A stretch of DNA of 47,692 bases from an uncultured Clostridia bacterium (GTDB lineage: Bacteria; Bacillota; Clostridia; Oscillospirales; CAG-272), in contig CAMFEL010000003.1 in assembly GCA_945949385.1 (NCBI GenBank), forward strand, positions 1 to 47,692, read 5' to 3'. A program made the translations under genes and the position numbers. The notes under the pieces were generated by a model. That model saw nothing but the letters and a program-made list of their open reading frames with translations, was not told the DNA's origin and searched no databases. Shown piece by piece: positions 1 to 9,741 of this stretch; within the stretch, counting starts at the first letter, position 1, and every line of letters begins with the position of its first letter.

Positions 1-97
1 CTTTTTCCTGCGTTTCTTCAGATGCCTGCCGCTTGCGCGGCACCCCTGCGGGAACTATTCTATATTTCCATACCCTTATTAAAAGTTTTTTGGAGTC

Positions 98-260
98 CTT
101 AGAACCTTTTTCTCAAAAAAGGTTCTAAGCGGAGCGCGAGGCAGAGCCTCGCATATACCCACCGGGGTGCGGGGCGGAGCCCCGTATATATCCCGCGGAG
201 CGCGGGGCGGAGCCTCGCATATACTCGCCGGTGCAAGGGGTAGCGCCCCATATTTATCCC
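98..260. repeat. REP-like extragenic element: one hairpin plus four tandem ~32-34 bp imperfect palindromic units
   Basis: Hairpin cttagaaccttttt-ctc-aaaaaaggttctaag (98-129), then units at 129-160, 161-194, 195-226 and 227-260 with a core like cggggcggagccccg-tatata-ccc. Confidence 0.7.
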
Positions 261-270
261 AACGGGAGTT

Positions 271-1068
271 TCAGCGTCTGCCGCCTATACATATGAGCGC
301 CGCCATAGTGCCGCGCTTTCCCCCGGTGGCACGGTGGGAATGGTACAGATAAGGCTTGCAGGCTGTGCATTCGGGGCAGACATCGACGCAGACCGCACCT
401 GCGTCAATCAGTATTTCTCTGTTCATACCCGCAATATCCGCGTACAGCCTGCCGCCGCGGCAGCGGATGTGACGATCGGCAAAGGCGCGGCTCTGCATTT
501 TTGCTACCGCGTCCCTCATATCCTCGCCCACCTCGTAGCAGCAGCCGTGTATGCAGGCGCCTATGGCGGCACGGATGTTTTCGGCGCCAAGCGCCTTCAT
601 TTTTTCAACGGTCACGGCGGCAATTCCCGCCGCAGTACCACGCCAGCCCGCGTGTGCCGCACCTATGACAGCGCCTCCCGCTGCGGTCTCTCCGCAAAGA
701 AGCAAGGGGGCGCAATCCGCCACCCGTACCGCCAGCGTCAAACCCGCCTCTGCCGTTACAAAGCCGTCGCAGGGCTGAGGCGCTTCTCTTTCAACACCCT
801 CTCCCGCGCCGGAAAGGTCAACGGTGCGCACCGTGACGGAGTGTATCTGCGGCGCCGCCGCAACTGCTTCCGATACTCCCGCATATGCGCACAGACGCTT
901 TATATTCTCCCGAACGGTTTCGTCACTGTCACCGCGGAAAAATCCGGTGTTCATGGATACAAGGTGCGGCTCTTTGCTGACTCCGCCCAGGCGCGTGGAA
1001 AAGCCGTGGCTCACACCCTTTACATTCAGCGCGTCGCTTTGCCATATATAATCGTGATAAGTAAACAA
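271..1068 (-). CDS. pgeF: Peptidoglycan editing factor / laccase-domain (YfiH) purine nucleoside phosphorylase
   Basis: HGFSTRLGGVS, QIHS, ADCAP, HAGWRG and SHRA motifs of the YfiH/PgeF family. Confidence 0.9.
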   Translation of the reverse strand: MFTYHDYIWQSDALNVKGVSHGFSTRLGGVSKEPHLVSMNTGFFRGDSDETVRENIKRLCAYAGVSEAVAAAPQIHSVTVRTVDLSGAGEGVEREAPQPCDGFVTAEAGLTLAVRVADCAPLLLCGETAAGGAVIGAAHAGWRGTAAGIAAVTVEKMKALGAENIRAAIGACIHGCCYEVGEDMRDAVAKMQSRAFADRHIRCRGGRLYADIAGMNREILIDAGAVCVDVCPECTACKPYLYHSHRATGGKRGTMAALICIGGRR

Positions 1069-1165
1069 ATGCGTGTCCTTTCCGGTATATCCGTATAAAT
1101 GTATGCTTATTTGCTTGATCCGCTGCGGCGGTTTTTGACGGTTTTTGCCGAATTCCCCTGCACCT

Positions 1166-1191
1166 AAAAAGGGCTGCCTTGCAGTCCTTTT
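1166..1191 (-). terminator. Intrinsic terminator after pduL
   Basis: aaaaagggctgc-ctt-gcagtcctttt inverted repeat with a T-run. Confidence 0.55.
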
Positions 1192-1218
1192 CAGTATATT
1201 CCGTGTTTTATATACGGA

Positions 1219-1791
1219 TTATTTAATAATCTCGCCGTAGCACTCACCGAAAGCGCAGGCAGCGTTTGCCTCGTCGGTGTCAATGTGCATTGCGGCGGCA
1301 AACTTGGGGGAAACTCTTACGACCACATCTCCGAAAACGGTGCTGCGGTCGGCGCTGTCGATCTTTACGGAAACGATCTGCTTGTCCTCAACTCCCGCCT
1401 CGGCAGCCTCCTCGGGGGTAAAGTGGATGTGGCGCTTTGCGGCGATAACGCCCTCGGAAATTTCAACCTCTCCGCAGGGTCCCACGATCTTGCAGGCACC
1501 GCTGCCGGCAATGTCGCCGCTCTCACGCACGGGAGCTGCAACACCCAGTGTGCGGGCGTCGGTGAGAGAAACCTCGACCTGCGTTGCAGGGCGGGCGGGT
1601 CCGAGAATTATTACATTTTCAATGCTCTTTTTGGGGCCTACCAGAGTAACTCTCTCCTGGCAGGCGAACTGACCGGGCTGGCTCAGATCCTTTTTGTGGG
1701 TAAGGGCTGCACCTGCTCCGAACAGCTTTTCAATATGCTCCTCGGTCAGATGAACATGGCGGGCGCTTGTTTCTACGAGTACCTTTGACAT
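1219..1791 (-). CDS. pduL: Phosphate propanoyl/acetyltransferase (PduL/PTAC family)
   Basis: SARHVH, LSQPGQFA, RESGD, KRHIH and MHIDTDEANA motifs. Confidence 0.92.
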   Translation of the reverse strand: MSKVLVETSARHVHLTEEHIEKLFGAGAALTHKKDLSQPGQFACQERVTLVGPKKSIENVIILGPARPATQVEVSLTDARTLGVAAPVRESGDIAGSGACKIVGPCGEVEISEGVIAAKRHIHFTPEEAAEAGVEDKQIVSVKIDSADRSTVFGDVVVRVSPKFAAAMHIDTDEANAACAFGECYGEIIK

Positions 1792-1938
1792 ATGCTTTTC
1801 TCCTTGAATTATATTATTTTATACAATTTTAGCACTACATGAAACTAAAATCAATAGGAGCTTTGATTTTTTGAGTATTTTCCGGTATTTACGCCAAGAG
1901 AAAGAGCGAAGCGCCGCGTGCTTCGCTCTTATGATATG

Positions 1939-2796
1939 TCAGGACAGATTAAGCCGTTTTTTAAGTATGGAATTTGTGATTACAAGCTGAATCACGGCTG
2001 TGACTCCGTAAAGGATTGCTATTGTGCCGAGAAGCCCGTACATAAAGCCTTCCGGCGTCCAGTTATCAAGCCAAGCCAGCGAGCCTGCAGCATCGAGATT
2101 TTCCAATACAACGCCGCACACCGTGGCAAGAATTACAAAAACTATCTCAACAGCGGAGTTTATGGCAAAATAGAAGCCTACGGATGCAATGACCTTGCCC
2201 TTTCTCGCAACGGTGCTGCCGATTGTAATGGCAAGAAAGACCGTACATATCATACACGTCCACTGAACAACGGCGCATACGGCTGTCATTATCAGCATAC
2301 CGACTCCGGCTTCGCCCGTTAATGGCGAAAACATTTTCCACATATCCGTTAAGATATTTACATTCAGAAACGCTCCTGCGGGCGCGGAACTTACGGAGAA
2401 CATCAGAACAGCAAGAACTGCCGTAATTATCACCGCCGCGATCCACCACAGAACGGAAGCAAACAGCTTTGAAAGCATAAGCTGACGGGTAGTGACAGGC
2501 AGGGTGAAAGTGAGATATCCCTCATCGGAGAAAAAGTTTTTATAAAACCTTGCAAAAATCACCACAAAACACAGCACCGAATACGCAACGATGGCAAGAA
2601 CAGAGGTAATGACAATTATGGAAAGAATAGCGGTCAGCGCAAACTCTGTCACCGAGCCGATATCCGTGCCGGAAATATTCTTCATTCCGAACAGGGCTGC
2701 ACTCCCCGCCAGGGCCACGGCAATTGCCAGGAGAGAGATGGGTACTATAAGCCGTCCCATACCCTTGAAATCGTATTTGAACAGTTTTCTCAGCAT
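1939..2796 (-). CDS. ABC-2 type transporter permease
   Basis: About six hydrophobic segments, EGYLTFTLPV motif, overlaps the upstream ATPase gene. Confidence 0.85.
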   Translation of the reverse strand: MLRKLFKYDFKGMGRLIVPISLLAIAVALAGSAALFGMKNISGTDIGSVTEFALTAILSIIVITSVLAIVAYSVLCFVVIFARFYKNFFSDEGYLTFTLPVTTRQLMLSKLFASVLWWIAAVIITAVLAVLMFSVSSAPAGAFLNVNILTDMWKMFSPLTGEAGVGMLIMTAVCAVVQWTCMICTVFLAITIGSTVARKGKVIASVGFYFAINSAVEIVFVILATVCGVVLENLDAAGSLAWLDNWTPEGFMYGLLGTIAILYGVTAVIQLVITNSILKKRLNLS

Positions 2797-3494
2797 CTGA
2801 ATACCTCCCTGAAGAACCGGTCAAGGCTTTTGCCCAACTCGCGGCGCACATTGTCGCAGTTGTTGTAAAGAATGAGCTTGCCCTCGTTTATAAACATAAA
2901 CTCATCAAGAATGTTTTCCACGTCGGAGATAAGATGTGTGGAAATTATAACCGAGGAATCGGGCGAGTAGTTGGAAATAATAGTCGAAAGAATGTAGTCG
3001 CGGGTAGCGGGGTCAACGCCGCCGATAGGCTCGTCAAGCAAATACAGCTTTGCTCTGCGGGACATAACAAGCACAAGCTGAACCTTTTCTCTTGTGCCCT
3101 TTGAAAGCTCTTTTATCTTTCTTGCAGTGTCGATATTCAGCTTTTCCAGCATAACTTTTGCACGCTGTTCGTCGAAATCCGCAAAAAAATCCTTGTAATA
3201 TGCCATGACACCCTCAACTGTCATGGAAACGTCGAAGCATATACGCTCCGGCAAATATGAAACGATGCTTTTGGTATCGGGTCCGACGGGCATGCCGTCG
3301 ATGTAAAGCTGACCCGAGGTAGGTCTCAGCAGTCCCGCGCACAGCTTTATCAGCGTGGTCTTGCCGCTGCCGTTAGGACCTAAAAGTCCTATTATCCTGC
3401 CCGCCGGCAGAGCCACGGAAAAGTCCTCAAGACCTCGGTGCGAGCCGTACGTCTTGGTAAGTCCGCGGCATTCAAGAATGGGCGCTTCTGTCAT
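2790..3494 (-). CDS. ABC transporter ATP-binding protein
   Basis: Walker A GPNGSGKT, LSKG signature, LLDEP, STH H-loop. Confidence 0.95.
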   Translation of the reverse strand: MTEAPILECRGLTKTYGSHRGLEDFSVALPAGRIIGLLGPNGSGKTTLIKLCAGLLRPTSGQLYIDGMPVGPDTKSIVSYLPERICFDVSMTVEGVMAYYKDFFADFDEQRAKVMLEKLNIDTARKIKELSKGTREKVQLVLVMSRRAKLYLLDEPIGGVDPATRDYILSTIISNYSPDSSVIISTHLISDVENILDEFMFINEGKLILYNNCDNVRRELGKSLDRFFREVFRC

Positions 3495-3862
3495 TTGGTT
3501 TCTCCTTCATAAGTTTTCTTCAAAAGTTCAATTGTGTCCTCTCCGGTATAGCCCAGCGCTTCCATACGGCGGCAAAATGCGCCGATCGTATCCTGCGCAA
3601 GAGTCTCCCGCGCCGCCTCCACCGATTCAAGGCTGTCGGTAACATAACGGCCCATGGTGCCCCGCGTCTCAATAAGCCCGTCGTTTTCAAGGCACATAAA
3701 GGCGCGCTGCACCGTATTGGGGTTTACCGCCGCTTTAACGGCAAGATCCCTGACGCTGGGAAGCTGGCTGCCGCGCTCGTACTCTCCGCTTACGATGCGT
3801 CTGCGCACGGTCTCGGCTATCTGTAAATATACCGGTACGGATGTGTCAAAATCCCACGGCAT
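3491..3862 (-). CDS. GntR family (YtrA subfamily) transcriptional regulator
   Basis: PVYLQI...LPSVRDLA...VNPNTVQRAF wHTH; start moved to ATG 3862 behind an AGGAGGAG RBS. Confidence 0.9.
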   Translation of the reverse strand: MPWDFDTSVPVYLQIAETVRRRIVSGEYERGSQLPSVRDLAVKAAVNPNTVQRAFMCLENDGLIETRGTMGRYVTDSLESVEAARETLAQDTIGAFCRRMEALGYTGEDTIELLKKTYEGETK

Positions 3863-3875
3863 TTTGCTCCTCCTT

Positions 3876-3921
3876 TGTATTACTGTAATAATACAGTAAC
3901 ACACACGTGCTCGCTTGTCAA
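3876..3921 (-). promoter_or_regulatory. Sigma-A promoter with a YtrA-type palindromic operator
   Basis: TTGACA (3921-3916), 17 bp spacer, TACTGT (3898-3893); palindrome TGTATTA-ctgtaa-TAATACA at 3876-3895. Confidence 0.7.
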
Positions 3922-3998
3922 TATAATTTGCAAAAATTTCTTGTTTTTTCACAAAAAAGCATACAAAGCCGCCTGCCCTTCCGTTTGCCCCGCGCCCG

Positions 3999-4874
3999 CT
4001 AAAAGCTGTCGGAAAAATCATATATAAGGCGGGAAAGCAGCGAGGTAAATTCCGACAGCCACTTTTCGCTTTTAAGGTCAGCCACGTCACGCGGGTTTGT
4101 ACCGTAGCCCATTTCAATAAGCACGGAGGGCATATCGGCATATTTTGTCACGATAAACGCTTCCTCCCACGAATCTTTCCACACAGCCGTCTCCTTTTTC
4201 AGAAAGTCCTCCGCAGCCTTTTTGAAGGAGGTGCAAAAATCCCCCAGCACCGCGCTGCACCGCGAGCCGCCCCAGTAGTCTGCGGAAAGCCCCGAAACGC
4301 CGCTGTCCTCAAAGGAATTTGTATGCAGGGATATGTAGAAATACCTTGCCTCCGGAGTACGCTTTTTAATAATATTTGCGTATATGCTGCGCTCGTAGGC
4401 GCTGAAAACGGCGTCATCTCTCATTTTGTCGGCTTCGTAGTCAACGCCGAGGCTGTCCGCCTCCGAGCAGATCTCATCGCAGGAGGGAAAGCTTTTGCCG
4501 TCGTGCAAAAGTACAGAAGCTATCCCCTGCTCCGTAAGCTTCTTTTGCAGAAGCAGGGCGGCGCCAAACGTCACCTCCGCTTCGTCGCAGCCGAGCAGGG
4601 CAGGCTGACTGCCCGGATCCCCGAAGCCGTGTCCGGCGTCGATAATAACGGTAAGCGGCGCCACCGACATATCGGGGGAGTCGGGTGAGTCGGGTGAGTC
4701 GGGTGAGTCGGGAGCAGAGCGGTTGTCCGTAGACAGTGCCGTGGACGGTGCTTCAATACCGTCGGAGTCACTGCTGCCGCAGTTTGTGTTATCCGAGCTT
4801 GCCCATATATCGGCACAGGAAAACAGAAACAGACAAAACATCAGCAGCAGCGCCGCAGCGCAAAGTTTTTTCAT
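3999..4874 (-). CDS. N-acetylmuramoyl-L-alanine amidase (Amidase_3), probable lipoprotein
   Basis: Lipobox-like LFSC; IIDAGHG, SLHTN and VLIEMGY zinc/catalytic motifs. Confidence 0.85.
   Translation of the reverse strand: MKKLCAAALLLMFCLFLFSCADIWASSDNTNCGSSDSDGIEAPSTALSTDNRSAPDSPDSPDSPDSPDMSVAPLTVIIDAGHGFGDPGSQPALLGCDEAEVTFGAALLLQKKLTEQGIASVLLHDGKSFPSCDEICSEADSLGVDYEADKMRDDAVFSAYERSIYANIIKKRTPEARYFYISLHTNSFEDSGVSGLSADYWGGSRCSAVLGDFCTSFKKAAEDFLKKETAVWKDSWEEAFIVTKYADMPSVLIEMGYGTNPRDVADLKSEKWLSEFTSLLSRLIYDFSDSF
4672..4714. repeat. 9-bp tandem repeat encoding a (PDS)n linker
   Basis: tcgggggag (tcgggtgag)x3 tcgggag inside the amidase gene. Confidence 0.9.
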
Positions 4875-5026
4875 AGTATTATAAGCACCGCCTTTTTCAT
4901 ATTTCGGAGCGGCGGGGAAAATGCGTATATCTGCGTTCTTTGCAGAAAGATCAGTCAGGAGAAGATGACAGAAATGAAAGCAAAAGAATAAAGAAAAACT
5001 GCCGCGGCAATGCGCGGCAAATGCAA

Positions 5027-5066
5027 GTCTCCCCGCCGCTGTATATATTTTAGCGGCGGGGGAGAC
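5027..5066. terminator. GC-rich hairpin downstream of the two-component operon
   Basis: gtctccccgccgct...agcggcgggggagac inverted repeat. Confidence 0.45.
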
Positions 5067-5125
5067 ATGAAGTATTCAGCTTTTTGTAAGATAAATGTAA
5101 GTTACGCCTTTTTCGGCGCAAAGCC

Positions 5126-6109
5126 TTACGGCTCCGCCTCCGATACCACGCTGCCGTAGCTTTGATCTGCGTAGGTTTTGGGAGCCGTTACGGTCATACC
5201 GGTTATTCTTTCTTCACATATGCTGTATTTCAGAGTGAGTGTTCCGCTGTCATCCTCCCATGTCATATACACATTTCCGCTGTCATATTCCATACTGCAG
5301 CGGCAGGAGGAAATCAGCCGTATTACCGTATCTACGGGAAGCTGTGCAAAGCCTTGTCCTATGGCGGAGCACCACAGTCTCAGCACAAAGTCTCTGATAC
5401 TGCAGTTTTCTCCCAGCAGCTTGTAAAGAAGCTTTTCGGCGCTCTCGGAGTCCTCGGAGCTTATATCGAAATAATACTCGCCCGCCGCGTACATAAGGTC
5501 AAACATATCTCCGCTGCCGTACAGCTCCCCCGCCTCCTGCGAAAGAACGGCGCAGGCGGCGCTTGCCTCGTCTGTGCTTACGTAGCGCACCGCCGTATCT
5601 CCGAACTCAAAAGCCGCAAGAGTATTGTCGCAAAGGGCAAAACGCAGGGAGGCGTTTTTGCCCATGGAGGGATAAACCGCAGTGCAAAAGTCAATAAATG
5701 TATAGTGTCCGCCGTCGCCGTCTGTCTCGTAAATACGGGCGCTGCCGAAATCAATATACAGATCGTCGCAGGACTCCCCCCACGGAAGCATTATAAGGCG
5801 AGCAAGACTTTTGCACAGGCTGTCAAGCTCCTGATTTCTGTCAGAGTATGATGGGTTTGATGAAAGCGCCTCGCTTTTTTCTTCGTCGTAAAGCGTCCAC
5901 GGATACAATCCCGAAAGGCTGAAGCTTTCTGCTTTGTTTTCCGCAGGGCTGTCGTACTCCCTGACCTTTTCTCCGACGTCACCCGCATTAAGGGGTATAA
6001 ACGCCGAGGCAACTCCCGCCGCGGCGATTAAAAGCGCAAGAGTGACGGGAATTATGACTGACATAAGTGATGCTTTGAATTTTTCAAATGATACTTTTTC
6101 ATTTTTCAT
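5126..6109 (-). CDS. Hypothetical membrane-anchored protein in the two-component operon
   Basis: N-terminal hydrophobic segment; overlaps the kinase 3' end; start at MKNEK after a GGAGG RBS. Confidence 0.7.
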   Translation of the reverse strand: MKNEKVSFEKFKASLMSVIIPVTLALLIAAAGVASAFIPLNAGDVGEKVREYDSPAENKAESFSLSGLYPWTLYDEEKSEALSSNPSYSDRNQELDSLCKSLARLIMLPWGESCDDLYIDFGSARIYETDGDGGHYTFIDFCTAVYPSMGKNASLRFALCDNTLAAFEFGDTAVRYVSTDEASAACAVLSQEAGELYGSGDMFDLMYAAGEYYFDISSEDSESAEKLLYKLLGENCSIRDFVLRLWCSAIGQGFAQLPVDTVIRLISSCRCSMEYDSGNVYMTWEDDSGTLTLKYSICEERITGMTVTAPKTYADQSYGSVVSEAEP

Positions 6110-7598
6110 CACCGACCGCACCTCCGATCTTTGCCCATGGGACAGTCACATACACGGCGGTACCCACACCGGGACGGCTTTTTGCCGTTATGCGTGCGTT
6201 GTGCCTTTTGGCGATCTCAACGCACAGGGAAAGCCCCAGACCGGCGCCGCCCGCCTTGCGGGAGCGGGATTTGTCCGCCATGTAGAAGGGCTCCGTTACC
6301 TTTTTCAGCACCTCTTTCGTCATGCCGATTCCGCTGTCGGATACGGAAATTACCATACCGTTGTCGGCGGCCTTTGAGCGCAGGCGCACGCTCTGCCCCG
6401 CCTCGCTTGCCTTGGCGGCGTTGTCGCACAGATTGTAAATAAGGGATTTGAACAGTTCCCTGTCGCACAGTATAACGCCGTCGTCCCCTGTGTATTCAAG
6501 GGTAATTCCCCGTGCGCGCAGGGCGGGTCCTACGGTCGCCGTGCTTTCCGTCAGCAGTTCACGCACGCTGACAGGCTCCATTTCAAGCTCCATATTGTCG
6601 GCGCAGGCAAGCTCTAAAAGCTTTGAAGAAAGATTTTTCATTCGCCGCGCCTCGTCTACGATTATGCCCGCATATTCTATGCGCTCTCCGTCGCTGACGC
6701 TGCGCTTTATTCTCAAAAGGTCTCCGAAGCAAAGTATGGAGGTCAGCGGCGTTTTCATCTCGTGGGCAAGACTGTCCACATAGTGCTTCCTGCCCTCCGC
6801 AATAGATTCGAGCCGCTCTACATTGTCCTGCACTGACTGCGCCAGCGCATTGACGCTTTCCGCCATTTCCCGCTCCTCCATGCCGCCGCGCACCGTCATA
6901 CGCTTTGAAAAGTCGCCGTCGGCAATGAGTCTTAAGGTCTTGTTCATATCGGACACGGGGCGCAGTATTGCACAGATCAGGGCAAAAATCACAAGAGACA
7001 CAGCAAGGGACGCCGCCGTCCCTACGGCTGCCGCCGTAATAAGACTTGCTCTGAAATCGGAATACGCCTCATCAATATCATAAACAGTATACAAATACAT
7101 CTTACCCTCTTTGGCGGTCACGGCGGAGCATACGGCAATGCGTCTGCCGTCTTCGTCTTTGCATATAGCCGAGTAGCATTTTCCCTCCGTCATACTGTCT
7201 GCATCGGGCAGCAGCGGAAGGCGGCTTTCTTCGCCCTCTCCCGTTCTTGCCACGGCAATCATATCAGTTCCCTGTCCCGCTGTAAAAACGGCAGCGCCGC
7301 AGTATCCCGTGCCGTAAGCCGAAAGGGGAGCCTCAACGGCTTTTTGTACCGCATAGGAAACGGCGGCGCTGTCAAGCACCGGAACATTTTCGTCTGTTCT
7401 TTTTTGCAAAAGACTGCTTTGCAGGGAAGAAGAAACATATGAATGCTCCGCCGCCGCGCCGTCCTGCAATAATTCAAGGCGCTTTGAAAAATCCCGCCGC
7501 AGCAAAACGCCGGAAACCGCGGTCACCGCCGCCGTTATAAGCGCAAAGGAAGCAAGAAATATTTTTCGTCCGAGGCGCAAGCGCTCACCTGCTTTCAA
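6099..7598 (-). CDS. HAMP-domain sensor histidine kinase
   Basis: Two TM helices, H-box AHEMKTPL, N-box NLCDNAAK, DSGIG and GAGLGL. Confidence 0.95.
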   Translation of the reverse strand: MKAGERLRLGRKIFLASFALITAAVTAVSGVLLRRDFSKRLELLQDGAAAEHSYVSSSLQSSLLQKRTDENVPVLDSAAVSYAVQKAVEAPLSAYGTGYCGAAVFTAGQGTDMIAVARTGEGEESRLPLLPDADSMTEGKCYSAICKDEDGRRIAVCSAVTAKEGKMYLYTVYDIDEAYSDFRASLITAAAVGTAASLAVSLVIFALICAILRPVSDMNKTLRLIADGDFSKRMTVRGGMEEREMAESVNALAQSVQDNVERLESIAEGRKHYVDSLAHEMKTPLTSILCFGDLLRIKRSVSDGERIEYAGIIVDEARRMKNLSSKLLELACADNMELEMEPVSVRELLTESTATVGPALRARGITLEYTGDDGVILCDRELFKSLIYNLCDNAAKASEAGQSVRLRSKAADNGMVISVSDSGIGMTKEVLKKVTEPFYMADKSRSRKAGGAGLGLSLCVEIAKRHNARITAKSRPGVGTAVYVTVPWAKIGGAVGDEK

Positions 7599-8247
7599 GC
7601 CGATAACCCAGCTTCGGTATGGTCACAAGGCAATCGTGCAGACCCAGCTTTTTGCGTATCTGCTGTATATGTATGTCAACTGTGCGGCTCTCGCCCTCAA
7701 ATTCGTAACCCCACACCGCGCCGAGCAGTCTCTCGCGGGTGACGGCAATATCCTGATTGCGCAGAAAAAACACCAGCACATCAAATTCTTTGGGAGTAAG
7801 CGGCACGCTTTTTGCACCCTTTGCAACGGTGTGGGCGGCGGTGTCCACACGGATGTCGCCGTAGCACAGCTCCGTGCTCAGCTTTCCCGTACGGCGCAGC
7901 ACCACCTCGATGCGGGCAAGCAGTTCAAGCGCTTCAAAGGGCTTGACGATATAGTCCTCCGCCCCCAGCTTCAGACCGTTGACCTTGTCCAGCACATTCT
8001 GCATGGCAGTCAGAAATATTACGCTTACGCCGCAGGGCGCTATGCGCCGCATGACTTCAAAGCCGTCCATTGTAGGCAGCATTACGTCAAGCAGCACCAC
8101 ATCCCAGGAGGCGGCGCTGTTTTTGACTCTCTCCACGGCGTCCGCTCCGTCCGAAACGATCTCGGACTCATATCCTACGGCGGACAGCGTTGCCTTTATG
8201 GTCTTTGCAATATTTTCGTCGTCCTCAACAATGAGTATCCTTGCCAT
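7585..8247 (-). CDS. OmpR/PhoB family response regulator
   Basis: ILIVEDD, LDVMLP, KPF and the RTVDIHI winged helix. Confidence 0.95.
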   Translation of the reverse strand: MARILIVEDDENIAKTIKATLSAVGYESEIVSDGADAVERVKNSAASWDVVLLDVMLPTMDGFEVMRRIAPCGVSVIFLTAMQNVLDKVNGLKLGAEDYIVKPFEALELLARIEVVLRRTGKLSTELCYGDIRVDTAAHTVAKGAKSVPLTPKEFDVLVFFLRNQDIAVTRERLLGAVWGYEFEGESRTVDIHIQQIRKKLGLHDCLVTIPKLGYRLESR

Positions 8248-8313
8248 TTGCCAAAAGTCCTTTCGGAATTTTACAAAATCAGTATAGCATTTATGAGCGA
8301 AAAATGCAAACGG

Positions 8314-9479
8314 TCATACGGCAGGGCTGACATATGCCAAAGGATCCTTTTTCACTCCGTTTACGCGCAGCTCAAAATGCAGGTGGTTACCCTTGGAAAA
8401 TCCCGTAGTGCCCACATATCCGATCACCTGTCCCCGCGTTACCGTCTGTCCGCCGCAAACCGCCAGAGACGAGCAGTGGGCATACAGCGTGCTTATTCCG
8501 CCGCCGTGGTCTATCAGAATAAAATTGCCGTAGCTTGAATGGCTCATGGCACGCACCACGGTGCCGTCGTTTGACGCATATATGGGAGTGCCCGCGGGAG
8601 CCGCCGTATCAAGCGCCCAATGAGGATCGCCTTTCGGGTCTGTCTCACCGTAGCGGCAGGTTATATATCCCACTCCCGCAGGCAAAGGCCACATATAGTC
8701 GCCGTCGGCACTGACAGGGGAGGAATTCTGATCTTTTATCTGCGACAGAAGCGCTTCAAGCTCACTTTCAAGCTCGCTCTCCGCCCTGCGCGCCGCATCG
8801 TATTCGCGCTGAAGCGCCTCCCTGTCCTTTGAAAGAGAGTCATAATAGCTTTCCGCACGGCGGGAAAGCTCGCCGTACTTTTCCCTGTCCGCCTCAAGGG
8901 AGGAAAGAGTTTTTTCCTGAAGCGCCTTTGCGCTTTTCAGCTCCTCCGCCGCGTCGGACAGGCTTTGCTTGTCCGCCTCCAGCCTTTCGGCAGTTCTTCG
9001 GTCGTATTCCAATACGGTATTTATCCGCTCAAGGCGGGACAGAAAATCGCTGACACTGACACTGCCGAACAGCACCTGAAGATACCCGCGCCGCCGCTGT
9101 CCTGACTGTCTCGAAGTCGTTCTTTCATTTTTTCGCGGGTCGCGTCTATGCTTTTTTCAAGGGCGTCCACCCTGTTCTCCGTCTCACTTATCTGCTCCGA
9201 CAGTTCCCGATTCAGCGCCTCGGAAGCGGCAATTTTCTGGTCAACCGCTTCTACCAGCATATCAATACTATGCTTGTTTTCAAGGGCGCCGCCCGCCTGG
9301 GAGTCAAGGGAGGCTATTTTATCTTCAAGCTCCTTTTGCCGCCCCTCAAGCTCCGATATTCTGTCGCGGTATTTCTGTACATCGGCGTTTGCCGCTCCCG
9401 CCGCCGTTGAAAAGGAAAAAATCATGGCTGCGCAGACTCCCGCCGCAAAAACGCGTATTACCCCTCTCCTTGTATTCAT
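8314..9479 (-). pseudogene. Coiled-coil + M23 peptidase (EnvC-like) split by a 1-nt frameshift
   Basis: Signal peptide and coiled coil (9021-9479) continue into the M23 frame (HWALD, YAH, HLHFE) if one G is added at 9085-9087 (GCG GG TAT CTT CAG GTG); could be a sequencing error. Confidence 0.8.
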
Positions 9480-9741
9480 TGATTTTCACCTCTTATATGT
9501 ACTGTTATCTGACAGTATCATACACTTTCGCCGTTATTAAGTCATCATAAAAACGTAAGGGAAATGTAAAAGAGCCGCAGGGTCATATTTTGGAAAAAAG
9601 TCTTTATTTTTTTCATATCTTATGGTACAATAAAAATAACTAAGGCATATAATAGGCGTGGCACGGCGAGCTGCCTGCCGCCGCCCTGCCCCTTTCAGCA
9701 ATATCCGGAGAAAAAGTTCTCCGCAGACCACGGAGCCGCGC

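Noticed and set aside
129-260. Possible CRISPR array
   Set aside because: Units are directly tandem with no unique spacers, and no cas genes are present
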